Below are positions 38,091 to 46,746 of a DNA stretch of 64,000 nt, piece after piece. The DNA comes from a virus. Below the pieces are notes generated by a model. The model was not told where the DNA came from and ran no database searches. It saw only the letters and a list, made by a program, of their open reading frames with translations. Made by a program: the position numbers and the translations under genes. The stretch is from the IMG/VR virus record IMGVR_UViG_3300020473_000017; one strand, written 5' to 3'. Positions within the stretch are counted from its first letter, which is position 1. Each line of letters begins with the position of its first letter.

Positions 38091-38160
38091 AACAAAGTAA
38101 ACCGCCCAACCACGTTTTTATTAACATTTCTTAAAAGGGTAGTATCCTTGAGTATCCAAC

Positions 38161-38757
38161 TCACAAAATACCTGGTCCTTCGCGGAATACGTCAAATATG
38201 AGGGAGATTCTATCAAATCTACCCATATTTTCTACCTTATGCATCGCGGAAGACTGGAAAATCAACAGTTTACCCTCCGCCTGGGGTCTAGACTCATTCT
38301 TTACAGATAGCGTACAGATCTCAGCAGTAAATGGCAACTGACACCTCAGTCTCTGAGTATGACTATTAGGATCAGGGTCATAATGCCATCCTAGAGATGC
38401 ATCAGGTGCTAGTTTAACCATACCTACGTACATAGTTTCACCTAACCATGTCATTGTCTTTGCTAGTTTAGGTAATACTTCTACGTTCCTAGGGTATGGT
38501 GTACGATTAAAGAATAATGGTGCTATACTCCACTTACTATCTTCTGTTGCTAGTGGTGCAGTGAAGTATTCATCATATTGTATTTCATGTCCTTGATTAC
38601 TTTCTTCTATGGTCTTCTTCTGGTATGATGTAAAGTCTCTCCACTCCAGTCCATAATGATTGCTATCCCACTCCTTCTTTAGAGTAGGATAGACTGTATG
38701 TAATCCTTTAAGTCGTCCATTGACTTCTTCAGGATCATAAAAGTAATCACCTTTCAT
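38161..38757 (-). CDS. Aspartyl/asparaginyl beta-hydroxylase-like 2OG-Fe(II) oxygenase
   Basis: KLAPDASLGWHYD, RLRCQLP, EGKLLIF.SS.MHKVEN...DRISLIFD. Confidence 0.8.
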   Translation of the reverse strand: MKGDYFYDPEEVNGRLKGLHTVYPTLKKEWDSNHYGLEWRDFTSYQKKTIEESNQGHEIQYDEYFTAPLATEDSKWSIAPLFFNRTPYPRNVEVLPKLAKTMTWLGETMYVGMVKLAPDASLGWHYDPDPNSHTQRLRCQLPFTAEICTLSVKNESRPQAEGKLLIFQSSAMHKVENMGRFDRISLIFDVFREGPGIL

Positions 38758-38908
38758 CTGCTAGTTGTGATGGTGTCTTACCCTTTGGATTAAGTGCCCA
38801 TGCTGTACATATGTTATAGATCTCGTTCCCTAGTCCATTATGGGACAGTTCGATATAACATTGACGGCGACGTTCTAGTTCATCGTCTGTGGGGTGCTCT
38901 ATACTCAT
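38747..38908 (-). CDS. 53-aa hypothetical protein
   Basis: MSIEHPTDDELERRRQCYIELSHNG... fills the gap, ATGA overlap. Confidence 0.5.
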   Translation of the reverse strand: MSIEHPTDDELERRRQCYIELSHNGLGNEIYNICTAWALNPKGKTPSQLADER

Positions 38909-39111
38909 TTCTTTAAGAGTTGCTTACTAGTTGTACCATACTGTGAATAGAGTTTGGCATCATTGATTGCATGATCCTCGCTCCTAAACGGTCCATATGA
39001 TTGTGGTACATCATTGAATGACCAGTAAACACCTTTACGCTTTGGTCGTAATTCAACCAGTATGTCCTGATTCAGCACTGTGAATTGGACTTTCTTGAGA
39101 GACTTTGCCAT
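38905..39111 (-). CDS. Hypothetical protein (YGPF.SE..A..DA motif)
   Basis: 68-aa ORF. Confidence 0.65.
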   Translation of the reverse strand: MAKSLKKVQFTVLNQDILVELRPKRKGVYWSFNDVPQSYGPFRSEDHAINDAKLYSQYGTTSKQLLKK

Positions 39112-39313
39112 TGGGGATCCTTTGGGTGATTTGGTCGTAATAGTCAGGGTAGACTAAAACGTTGACTTGTTTAATGCCATGAAGTGTACCCTTATCAGGC
39201 CACTCATGTGTACAGACTACGATATAATCACTACAAACGAAATTGATGTAAGCAGTATTACTTCCATCATAGGAGACTGGATCTCCGATCTTGAACTGAT
39301 GTTTCTTAGGCAT
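39053..39313 (-). CDS. Hypothetical protein, SH3/KOW-like start (FKIGD.V)
   Basis: 86-aa ORF. Confidence 0.65.
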   Translation of the reverse strand: MPKKHQFKIGDPVSYDGSNTAYINFVCSDYIVVCTHEWPDKGTLHGIKQVNVLVYPDYYDQITQRIPNGKVSQESPIHSAESGHTG

Positions 39314-39522
39314 TAGTTACCAAAACCATTACCCTTATTTAACTCAGTTCTCTGTGCGTATAAATTACGCAACTCACGTTTCAATCTTGCCTCCTCTTCT
39401 CCCGTGTAGATATAGGATTGTTTTAAACACTCCTTTATCATATTAATTTGTTTGGAGAGAGTGCCGATAGATTGATACATCTGAGGTTCAGTAGGGTCTA
39501 ATGGTTCTGGTCTAAGCTTCAT
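39313..39522 (-). CDS. Hypothetical protein (C-terminal KGFG-type tail)
   Basis: 69-aa ORF. Confidence 0.65.
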   Translation of the reverse strand: MKLRPEPLDPTEPQMYQSIGTLSKQINMIKECLKQSYIYTGEEEARLKRELRNLYAQRTELNKGNGFGN

Positions 39523-39526
39523 GTCA

Positions 39527-39634
39527 TCATAAGGTGCTGGTTTCAGCGTTCTCTACGATGTCCTCCAATATTGCTAGGATATCTCTGCCATTGTTGGCTT
39601 GCTCTAGAAGGAAAACTGCGAAAGTTTCAGACAT
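39527..39634 (-). CDS. 35-aa hypothetical peptide
   Basis: MSETFAVFLLEQANNGRDILAILEDIVENAETSTL. Confidence 0.5.
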   Translation of the reverse strand: MSETFAVFLLEQANNGRDILAILEDIVENAETSTL

Positions 39635-39658
39635 GATAATTAAAAATGAAGTTTACAA

Positions 39659-39733
39659 TGGTGCCACAAGAGAGATTTGAACTCCCGACCTTGGCTTTAC
39701 AAAAGCCCTGCACTACCGCTGTGCTATTGTGGC
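39659..39733 (-). tRNA. trnT: tRNA-Thr (UGU)
   Basis: GCCACAA acceptor stem, D arm, anticodon loop TTTGTAA, GTTCAAAT T loop, encoded CCA. Confidence 0.95.
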
Positions 39734-39738
39734 ACGAA

Positions 39739-39964
39739 GTGGGGTTGTACATTACTCTAACGTCATGTCTCTGCTTCTATAGGGTCTTACATTCAATGCT
39801 ATCCCATCCCCATATGCAAGGATAAATCCTGCTTTTTCGGGTTTAAGTATGGACTTTCACCATACCCATTGAATGCCCTTGTCAGAGTAGTTAGAAACCA
39901 CTAGGTGAAACGAGTTTCCTATCGCCCCTAGCACTGAAACCCGCTATACTTCAAAGGGTGCTAG
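39739..39964 (-). ncRNA. Candidate multi-helix structured RNA between the manA-like RNA and tRNA-Thr
   Basis: Helices UACUCUGAC/GUUAGAGUA, CAUUCAAUG/CAUUGAAUG, GGGUAUGG/CCAUACUU, GCAGGA/UCCUUGC, CUAGCAC/GUGCUAG; G-U pairs favour the minus strand; no ORF. Confidence 0.6.
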
Positions 39965-39968
39965 AGCA

Positions 39969-40140
39969 GTTGAGGGAAAGGGGCATCGACATAGGTTTCA
40001 CCTATATGCCCAAATTTACCTACTGGGAATCGGTTACACCTGAACCCCTACTGACGACTTAAAGGACGTAATTTCCCTGCTGAACAGAGACAACCATAGA
40101 TCCTTGCGTTGTTCGGGCAGTAGAACCTTTATCCCTCAAC
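39969..40140 (-). ncRNA. Structured RNA, probably manA-like motif
   Basis: Terminal stem GUUGAGGGA/UCCCUCAAC and internal hairpins (GGGCAU-AUAGGUGAAACCUAU-..AUGCCC); 5' end 6 nt after TATAAT; tRNA-adjacent in a cyanophage as described for manA RNAs (family identity from memory, unverified). Confidence 0.65.
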
Positions 40141-40146
40141 ATATTA

Positions 40147-40205
40147 ATTATAACAGATCAAGGTTACCATGCAATACCCTGCGTGACACTTTCTGAACTG
40201 TCTCT
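40147..40205 (-). promoter_or_regulatory. Operator plus TTGCAT and extended -10 TGTTATAAT driving the ncRNA/tRNA unit
   Basis: CGTGACACTT-TCTG-AACTGTCTCT, 29 bp from TATAAT. Confidence 0.75.
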
Positions 40206-40777
40206 ACACCCAGTAATTCACGCCACAATGGTTTACACTGCTTAATGTATGCAAAGTACTCCTCGCATGTAAATGGTGCATCAACGACCTCTAGTATGTC
40301 CTTGACACCATAGACTGTAATACCCTTGTTCTTATACTTGTTGTATAGACTGTTAGGTATTACATCTAGCATAGGACAGAAGTATCCTGATACCTGAGCA
40401 TTGAGTGCAACCACTAATTCTTGGATGCCTAGATTTGCCGCCTTGGTCTTCTGACTATCAAATGCAAGATTGTTCTTACATTCAAGATACCATTTCTCCA
40501 CTTGATCTACTTGGAAGAAATGATCTATCTGACGTTCAGCACCATTGACAGTGCACATATTACTCTCTTCTATGAGGTTGTCAGCACGTTCAGAATCTGA
40601 TATGACCTTATTCCAGAATGCTTCAATTTCATTGCCATACTGGATCCATACAGATGGATGTGAGACTATATCAGCACAGTCATGTGCCAAACAGATAAAG
40701 CTTTCAGTAAGCTTTGCCTTAATGTTCGTATAGATTGGAAGGTAGTTTGCTTCCAAGTATTCAGTGGATAATGACAT
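40148..40777 (-). CDS. PD-(D/E)xK nuclease, type II restriction-endonuclease-like
   Basis: YGNEIE...RQIDHFF...YLECKNNLAFDSQK; near an N6-adenine MTase; start MSLSTEY. Confidence 0.6.
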   Translation of the reverse strand: MSLSTEYLEANYLPIYTNIKAKLTESFICLAHDCADIVSHPSVWIQYGNEIEAFWNKVISDSERADNLIEESNMCTVNGAERQIDHFFQVDQVEKWYLECKNNLAFDSQKTKAANLGIQELVVALNAQVSGYFCPMLDVIPNSLYNKYKNKGITVYGVKDILEVVDAPFTCEEYFAYIKQCKPLWRELLGVETVQKVSRRVLHGNLDLL

Positions 40778-40943
40778 TGGAAAAATTGTAAGTAGGAATA
40801 GAGCGTATTCGTATAACATTATAACCTCTTTCTCTCTTTATTTCAACTATACTGTAATCCTCGTCCTTGTCGTAGTCCACAACACAAATACTCTCTTCAG
40901 GTTCAAACTGTTCGAGATGGTGGATTAACTGTCGTACTAGCAT
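40761..40943 (-). CDS. Hypothetical protein
   Basis: 60 aa, M.V.QLI..L..F.PE pattern. Confidence 0.55.
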   Translation of the reverse strand: MLVRQLIHHLEQFEPEESICVVDYDKDEDYSIVEIKRERGYNVIRIRSIPTYNFSNVIIH

Positions 40944-41140
40944 CTTGTAGCAAGTTCAAGTACTAATTGACGATGGATGTAGAATAGTTTACCTAGGTCA
41001 ACATCCTCTAGTTCAGTCCACTCAGATACAAGATCACTTTGATCTAAATCAGGTGTACCATCAGTAAATGTAGGGCATGAGCAGAACTCATCCTCCTCAT
41101 CCAACCAGAAGTGACGACCGAAGTGCAATGAAGCAAGCAT
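40937..41140 (-). CDS. Acidic hypothetical protein
   Basis: MLASLHFGRHFWLDEEDEFCSCPTF.DGTPD; own promoter at 41162-41220. Confidence 0.7.
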   Translation of the reverse strand: MLASLHFGRHFWLDEEDEFCSCPTFTDGTPDLDQSDLVSEWTELEDVDLGKLFYIHRQLVLELATRC

Positions 41141-41161
41141 GTGAACTGTGTAACTATGAAT

Positions 41162-41220
41162 ATTATACTCTCTATGCAGCATTTTGCAGCATAGGCAGTG
41201 CCACTCTATGAAGTGTCATA
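41162..41220 (-). promoter_or_regulatory. Two-box operator plus TATAAT inside the MTase 3' end
   Basis: AGTGCCACTC-TATG-AAGTGTCATA, 29 bp, TATAAT. Confidence 0.7.
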
Positions 41221-42014
41221 TCATTCTCGTAATTGGTCACGTACATGTGCTTTACTGAAGCATTGGCATGGTTCTTACCCTTGCCCCACCGTTGAGCATA
41301 CTGATGAGGTTTAATCATTATATGATAGTCCTTAAGGGCATTCATATAATAATCATCCTCAGTATGAACAAACAACCATTTGGAATTAGTATCAATCATA
41401 CATTTAACTAAACGTTCATGTAAATCTTCACCACCATCACCAGTGGTATATCCTAAACGGTTGAGATAAGGTGGATCTATGAATATCCAGTCATTCTCAT
41501 TAGCAATGGCAAATATATCCTCAAAAGATCCATCATTTAAAATGCAGTGCCTAAGCATTTGCATGTGCTCCCAATTTAGATTACATGAAAATTTCTTGTA
41601 ATGACCAAATGGTACATTGAATTTACCATCTTTGTTGTATCTCTCCATACCAGAGAAACACAACTGCCTTACAGTAATGTAACTGACTGCCCATTTGTAT
41701 GGATCACGTTCATCACCATTAATGTAATCTCTTGATTCATAGTACTCTTTCTCTAATGCATCATGATCTAATGTTTTTAGATAGCATACGTGAGAGAATA
41801 CTTCTTGGAACATAATAGGATCTTTAACCTGCCTGTACATGTTCATCAAGGCAGCATTGATATCACTTAACACTGAAGGTTTATTCAATGCAAATGATAC
41901 AGCACCACCACCACAGAAGGGTTCTAAGACCCTATCAAATGTATCTGGTAGCATTTGTCTTATCAGTGGTAGTTCTTTAGTCTTACCACCTTGATATTTG
42001 ACAATTGGTTTCAT
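41172..42014 (-). CDS. DNA N6-adenine methyltransferase, D12/Dam family
   Basis: KY.GGK, LEPFCGGGAV, FNVPFG.YK, FIDPPY; start MKPIVKY. Confidence 0.93.
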   Translation of the reverse strand: MKPIVKYQGGKTKELPLIRQMLPDTFDRVLEPFCGGGAVSFALNKPSVLSDINAALMNMYRQVKDPIMFQEVFSHVCYLKTLDHDALEKEYYESRDYINGDERDPYKWAVSYITVRQLCFSGMERYNKDGKFNVPFGHYKKFSCNLNWEHMQMLRHCILNDGSFEDIFAIANENDWIFIDPPYLNRLGYTTGDGGEDLHERLVKCMIDTNSKWLFVHTEDDYYMNALKDYHIMIKPHQYAQRWGKGKNHANASVKHMYVTNYENDMTLHRVALPMLQNAA

Positions 42015-42190
42015 GTATTCAATACCCAGATCAATCTGATGACCATACCTGCGAACAACACATAGTATGTCCACATGATCCACATACCCACCTTATTGTG
42101 AAGTGAACCTCGTTTGTATGGATGTACTGCTAAATGTGGGGAACTGTCCCATCCATCTTGCATGTATTCTTTAGGATCTATTCTTGCCAC
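42011..42190 (-). CDS. Small membrane protein
   Basis: GTG start ..EYMQDGWDSSPH..HPYKRGSLHNKVGMWIMWTYYVLFAGMVIRLIWVLNT; ATGA overlap with the MTase. Confidence 0.55.
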   Translation of the reverse strand: MARIDPKEYMQDGWDSSPHLAVHPYKRGSLHNKVGMWIMWTYYVLFAGMVIRLIWVLNT

Positions 42191-42464
42191 GATGATTAGT
42201 AATGTAATTACGTGCAGACTGTTCGTTTCTACACTCCTTTATTATAGCACCATTATGGATTAAAGCCAACTTGGTCTTGCTACCCATTACAGGTACAGCA
42301 TAGTATCCATCGTTAGTGGCAAATCCTTCAGTACTATTTTTATAGAACCTAGCAATAGATTCTAATTCTTTCTGTTCAGGTGTTTTGGTCGATTTTCTTG
42401 TTGTGCTCATCCCAAGGGTGTACATAATCATGGTTTTCAATTGTGTGGATGGATAGATGAGCAT
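42171..42464 (-). CDS. Hypothetical protein (true start probably MSTTRK)
   Basis: EGFATNDGYYAVP....L..IHNG....CRNEQSARNYI..HR. Confidence 0.7.
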   Translation of the reverse strand: MLIYPSTQLKTMIMYTLGMSTTRKSTKTPEQKELESIARFYKNSTEGFATNDGYYAVPVMGSKTKLALIHNGAIIKECRNEQSARNYITNHRGKNRS

Positions 42465-42627
42465 CTTTGCCCCATCTATTCATTTGACGGATCCCACCGA
42501 ACCCTAGTTCTAAATCTTTATCAGTCCAACCCAGTTCCTTAACTAACTCTTCTCGTATGTAAATGTGTAGTTCACCTTCAACATACTTGTAGTCAAAGTA
42601 CTGGTCAATGTTTGGATCAATTGCCAT
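42376..42627 (-). CDS. Hypothetical protein, AbrB-like (ELVKELGW..D.L)
   Basis: 83-aa ORF behind a TATAAATA. Confidence 0.55.
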   Translation of the reverse strand: MAIDPNIDQYFDYKYVEGELHIYIREELVKELGWTDKDLELGFGGIRQMNRWGKDAHLSIHTIENHDYVHPWDEHNKKIDQNT

Positions 42628-42648
42628 AGTTATCTGTAAGCACCTCGA

Positions 42649-42656
42649 TATTTATA
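42649..42656 (-). promoter_or_regulatory. T4 late promoter TATAAATA (also 29 bp from a degenerate operator at 42686-42709)
   Basis: Exact consensus. Confidence 0.7.
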
Positions 42657-43167
42657 CCAATCCTTGTTGATAAAAATCCTCTTCTTGTGTTGATTCAGGA
42701 ACTGTCACAAGATTACCAGACACCACTATTCTATCATGCGAACATGTATGTGGGGTTACGTAATGTATGCGTTCTCCATCAAACACATGTAGATTACCAA
42801 CTTTAGGTTTAACAACTTCAGGTGGTAACCATGGATGTTTTATGTCAGGGAAGATAAGAGGAGAGCATTTACTACAGGCATCCAGATACCACACAAAAGA
42901 CCAAACAGAACCGTTATGGTTATGAGCCTCTGCGTAGTCGCCTTGTCTGTAGATGCTGATCCAAAGATCTTCGACTTCCAACGTTGGGTAGATGACATTT
43001 AATTGTCCTAAGAGTTCATCGAAAATATAACATTCAGACACGTCCCAGTCGGTCAAATATGCTTTGACTGGTGCGTCCTCCCTTCGATATAAAGAGAGTT
43101 CCTTAATAATCTCTTTATAATTTATAGGTGGACGTACGTAGAACTTGTCAATCGTTAAGTTTTGCAT
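42652..43167 (-). CDS. 2OG-Fe(II) oxygenase (HxH type)
   Basis: W...Y..GDYAEAHNH...WSFVWYL, PKVG.L.VF....HYV, RIVVSGN. Confidence 0.8.
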   Translation of the reverse strand: MQNLTIDKFYVRPPINYKEIIKELSLYRREDAPVKAYLTDWDVSECYIFDELLGQLNVIYPTLEVEDLWISIYRQGDYAEAHNHNGSVWSFVWYLDACSKCSPLIFPDIKHPWLPPEVVKPKVGNLHVFDGERIHYVTPHTCSHDRIVVSGNLVTVPESTQEEDFYQQGLV

Positions 43168-43603
43168 CCTGATACTCTTTGAAGAAGACTGATTCCATCT
43201 TATATGCATCAATCTCCCATGGTTCATCCATGTACTCTGTTTCAGGGGGTACTGGTACTCCCTTCCACTTATTTACTACCTTACTATGACGAGAAGAGAA
43301 CCGTTGTACGTGAGTACCACGTAGTCTCTGCTCTACATGACGTAGTTCATGGAATAATGTGGTTAGATACTGTTCTTTGTTATCTAACCTATTCTCTATT
43401 TCAATTTCAAAATAGCGTGGGCGTGATAGTTCATCAATTGATAAACAAGTACCATCGTTACCCTGATGCCACAACCTCTTGTCTATAATATGGACAAACG
43501 TGTTGAAGCGATTGAGTTTACGATGCTTGAAGAACCACTCGACTGCAGCGCGAGCGATCCGCTTGCGATTGCGATACCCACCAAACGTAACATAACAAGA
43601 CAT
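43148..43603 (-). CDS. HExxH zinc metallopeptidase-like protein
   Basis: TLFHELRHVEQ...Y.DEPWEIDAY. Confidence 0.8.
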   Translation of the reverse strand: MSCYVTFGGYRNRKRIARAAVEWFFKHRKLNRFNTFVHIIDKRLWHQGNDGTCLSIDELSRPRYFEIEIENRLDNKEQYLTTLFHELRHVEQRLRGTHVQRFSSRHSKVVNKWKGVPVPPETEYMDEPWEIDAYKMESVFFKEYQDAKLND

Positions 43604-43673
43604 GACCAATGAAGAAAGTAAATGAATGAGGAAATAAAGACTAATTTTTCAAGTCCAGACATATCTTTTGCGT

Positions 43674-43841
43674 TCATGTTATACACACCTCCCATTCTGA
43701 TTTGTTTACTGAGGCATCACAATGTATGCAGTTAAGTGCACTCCAACTAAAGTGGAATACCCTAGCGTGACTGTTACATTGTGGGCAGATAATCAACTTG
43801 CCGTTGTTACCTGCACGAGTGTATCTGTTAACCTTGGTCAT
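43674..43841 (-). CDS. Small zinc-ribbon protein
   Basis: MTKVNRYTRAGNNGKLIICPQCNSHARVFHFSWSALNCIHC... two CxxC pairs. Confidence 0.7.
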   Translation of the reverse strand: MTKVNRYTRAGNNGKLIICPQCNSHARVFHFSWSALNCIHCDASVNKSEWEVCIT

Positions 43842-44032
43842 TTGATTAACCTCCCTAACCTATCAAACTCTTTGTTAAGGACTGGCACATATAATATGCC
43901 ATCATCTTTTAACATAGAGAGTGTATCCATGAACCAATTGTTATTGGCAATGTGTTCATCTAATGTTAGATTAGTGAAGTAAGTCTGTGACCAATTGGAG
44001 AAGAATGGTGAATCAGCGTAAGTTAATTTCAT
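43838..44032 (-). CDS. Hypothetical protein
   Basis: 64 aa, MLKDDGILYVP.L.K.F. Confidence 0.65.
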   Translation of the reverse strand: MKLTYADSPFFSNWSQTYFTNLTLDEHIANNNWFMDTLSMLKDDGILYVPVLNKEFDRLGRLIK

Positions 44033-44289
44033 TCTTGTATCTCATCTAGGCGTAGACCACGATAACCTGATGCTGGTGCATCAAGTTCATCCAAAGCTCG
44101 ACCTAGTTCTTTGGTAAGGTGCTTTTCTAAATGTATATCATCAACATTATGCCTTGAGGCAATGCTACTTCCTAGGGTTGGATCTGTAGACCACATGAGA
44201 TCGATAAGATACTTGATCTGCTGTGTGTCCAGTTCAACCATCGTTACTACGCTGTCCATTTCTGGTTGCTCCGTGATGATTACTTCCAT
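44029..44289 (-). CDS. Acidic hypothetical protein
   Basis: Start at MEVIITEQ or a later Met; promoter immediately upstream. Confidence 0.6.
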   Translation of the reverse strand: MEVIITEQPEMDSVVTMVELDTQQIKYLIDLMWSTDPTLGSSIASRHNVDDIHLEKHLTKELGRALDELDAPASGYRGLRLDEIQE

Positions 44290-44347
44290 ATTATAATGGT
44301 AATTGTGCGGGAATGGTACTAATACGGTCAGTTTGCAAACTGGCATA
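44290..44347 (-). promoter_or_regulatory. Two-box operator plus TATAAT inside the MTase 3' end
   Basis: ACGGTCAGTT-TGCA-AACTGGCATA, 28 bp, TATAAT. Confidence 0.65.
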
Positions 44348-45241
44348 GTCCTCATGCAATTCGCAACCGATATATGATCTACTTAGTTTCTTAGCAACCA
44401 TAGCAGTGGTTCCTGATCCCATGAAGGGATCTAATATTATATCACTTGGTTTGCTCCCTGCCAAGATGCATGGTTCAATGAGTTCTGGGGGGAACACTGC
44501 AAAATGCGCTCCCTTGTACGGTTTAGGTGGAATTGACCATACGGAACGCTTATTCTTCTTTGGATAAGACTTGGTGAGACCACTATGTGGCTGTAACCCC
44601 GACCCTTGATTATGATACTTCCCTTTAGATCTATCTCTTGTGCCCCAGTCTTTCGCTGGTTCCTTGATTGCTTCATTGTCATAATAATATTTTCTATTCT
44701 TTGATAATAAGAACATGTATTCATGTGCCTTAGTACATCTATCACGAACACTCTCAGGCATGGGGTTGGGCTTGTGCCAGATTATATCCTGTCTCAAGTA
44801 CCATCCATCCGCACGTAGTGCAAATGCTAACATCCATGGTATACCAATTAGATCCTTTTCTTTCAATCCATCTAATTTGTTACCACGTCTAGCACATTTC
44901 TGTGGTAGATCCTGATCATTTGATGCGACAGTCTGCTTATTAAGAGCTTGTCCTTTACCTGGTCTGTAATTATAGTAACTATCTCCTATGTTTAACCACA
45001 ACGTACCATCATCAGTTAGTACATCACGTACCTTCCTGAATACTTTCACTAAGTTTTCAATATATTCTTCAGGTGTCTCCTCCTGACCAATTTGATTCTC
45101 CTCATCACCATAGTTCCTTAATCCGTAGTATGGTGGTGATGTTACGCACATCTGTGCATAATCCACAATACCAGTTGTAATCTGTGCACGTAGTGTACTC
45201 AGAGTATTTCTACAGTCACCAAATAATACTGTGTTTCTCAT
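44291..45241 (-). CDS. DNA methyltransferase, N4-cytosine/N6-adenine beta class
   Basis: VTSPPYY, IIWHKPNPMPESV.DR.T..HEY, HFAVFP, LDPFMGSGTT. Confidence 0.93.
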   Translation of the reverse strand: MRNTVLFGDCRNTLSTLRAQITTGIVDYAQMCVTSPPYYGLRNYGDEENQIGQEETPEEYIENLVKVFRKVRDVLTDDGTLWLNIGDSYYNYRPGKGQALNKQTVASNDQDLPQKCARRGNKLDGLKEKDLIGIPWMLAFALRADGWYLRQDIIWHKPNPMPESVRDRCTKAHEYMFLLSKNRKYYYDNEAIKEPAKDWGTRDRSKGKYHNQGSGLQPHSGLTKSYPKKNKRSVWSIPPKPYKGAHFAVFPPELIEPCILAGSKPSDIILDPFMGSGTTAMVAKKLSRSYIGCELHEDYASLQTDRISTIPAQLPL

Positions 45242-45403
45242 TTACCAATGCCGAATGACACCACTAACAATAAAGATATTAGTGATAAGGTAAGTAGCAA
45301 GTATGATGCTACGGACAATAATAATTGCATTGTCGTATCGTTTTGTGGTTTCGTCATTGAATGATCCTAATGAATACTTCCATACTCTAATCCATCTCCT
45401 CAC
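45242..45403 (-). CDS. Small membrane protein
   Basis: ..RVWKYSLGSFNDETTKRYDNAIIIVRSIILATYLITNIFIVSGVIRHW. Confidence 0.6.
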   Translation of the reverse strand: MRRWIRVWKYSLGSFNDETTKRYDNAIIIVRSIILATYLITNIFIVSGVIRHW

Positions 45404-45476
45404 TTCTTCTTAAATGCTCCTGCATATACTAGCAGTCCCATTGTAAGTGCTGTCCAGAAAATAATATACCACATGA

Positions 45477-46097
45477 TTAAGCAAAGTTTAGGGCAATTGT
45501 AATACGCTCCCCATCAAATGTTGAAGGTGGAACTGAGTGTTGCAAGTTAGATCTGAAGATAACAACAGCTTTCTCTTGCGGTGGTGCAATCAATACATCC
45601 TGATTTAATGGTGTTGGTTGCACTTTATTCTTAGGTGGTAGCATACTTCCCATATCAGGACGTTTAAAGTACGTACCAGCAGCACCTTTAGGTACTTTCA
45701 CATAATATATTGCGGAGAATATGTTATATGGGTGCATGTGAAACTCTTGATATTTCCCACTCTGATATACATTATACCATGATTCTGTGCATTCGTAAAC
45801 ATCATCCGAACCATAGTGTCTAGCGAAGTCATGTACACACTCAGTTACCTTACTAATGAGCGTAGTGAATTCCAAATACTCCGTAAGATCAACAACATGA
45901 AAGCAATTATCTGGTGATGACGCACCACTCAACCAACTCTCAGTGTTACCCTGCTTGAATATGCCATGCAATTCATGTATCTTCTTATCTATTGCCGCAT
46001 TCTCTTTATCAGTCAATAGGTTAGTAGCAGCATATAGTCCCACTGGGAACACATGCGTTACATTATTATTAACTTGATGCACATTTATATTATTCAT
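45477..46097 (-). CDS. 2OG-Fe(II) oxygenase (HxH type)
   Basis: SWYNVY..G.YQEFHMHP..IFSAIYY, VIFRSNLQHSV, RITIALN. Confidence 0.85.
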   Translation of the reverse strand: MNNINVHQVNNNVTHVFPVGLYAATNLLTDKENAAIDKKIHELHGIFKQGNTESWLSGASSPDNCFHVVDLTEYLEFTTLISKVTECVHDFARHYGSDDVYECTESWYNVYQSGKYQEFHMHPYNIFSAIYYVKVPKGAAGTYFKRPDMGSMLPPKNKVQPTPLNQDVLIAPPQEKAVVIFRSNLQHSVPPSTFDGERITIALNFA

Positions 46098-46353
46098 CTA
46101 AATCTTTCAAGTGTGGTTCTACCCAATGCTCCGTGTTATCAATACCAGCAGCGTTAACATACCGCATAATATGCTCATCAACCTGATGAAATATTGGATG
46201 AAGATCCAAGTCCATGTTAATATCATGTGCTATCTCTGCAACCTGAGCTTCAGTTAAGCAATGGTCTTTATGTAAGAGATCACATGTGGGTATTCTTTTC
46301 TCAATAAGCTCATTGAGATTAATTCTAATTTCGTAGTCTCTGTATACAGGCAT
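46090..46353 (-). CDS. Hypothetical protein
   Basis: 87-aa ORF. Confidence 0.65.
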   Translation of the reverse strand: MPVYRDYEIRINLNELIEKRIPTCDLLHKDHCLTEAQVAEIAHDINMDLDLHPIFHQVDEHIMRYVNAAGIDNTEHWVEPHLKDLDE

Positions 46354-46399
46354 AGTATTAAAGGGTTCTAAAAGGGGTCTAGGAGACCCCAGAAGGGGT

Positions 46400-46723
46400 C
46401 TATCTTAGATAAAGATATGATCCTGCCCAGTCTGCTCTAGTTAAGCATTGGGCATAAGATGCATCATCTAAAAGGTTGTAGCGCACATGCTTGGCGGGTT
46501 TCGCCCATGATGCTGGTTTGTACACATCACCAGTCTTTCTATCTATGAAAGCATGTACTGTTGACTGGTTATCGTCCGCAGTAATCTTGATGTACTTGCG
46601 TCCTTCTTTGATGTTGAACACGGTACCACAGGTAGGATACTTGCTGTTTACGTCCTCTTGAAGGATTTGACCAAGCTTATGCGCTCTTTCGTAAACTGTG
46701 TCAACAAATAGTGCTTTAGTCAT
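46400..46723 (-). CDS. Conserved phage early protein
   Basis: GRKYIKI...VHAFID.KTGDVYKPASW.KPAKHVRYNL. Confidence 0.8.
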   Translation of the reverse strand: MTKALFVDTVYERAHKLGQILQEDVNSKYPTCGTVFNIKEGRKYIKITADDNQSTVHAFIDRKTGDVYKPASWAKPAKHVRYNLLDDASYAQCLTRADWAGSYLYLR

Positions 46724-46746
46724 TGGGTTCCTTGATTGATATACTT

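Noticed and set aside
39659-39733. tRNA as prophage attachment site
   Set aside because: No integrase or duplicated tRNA end; both flanks are T4-like phage genes
39739-40140. Group I intron, tmRNA or RNase P RNA
   Set aside because: No interrupted gene, no tRNA-like ends or tag ORF, and no recognisable catalytic-core consensus by eye
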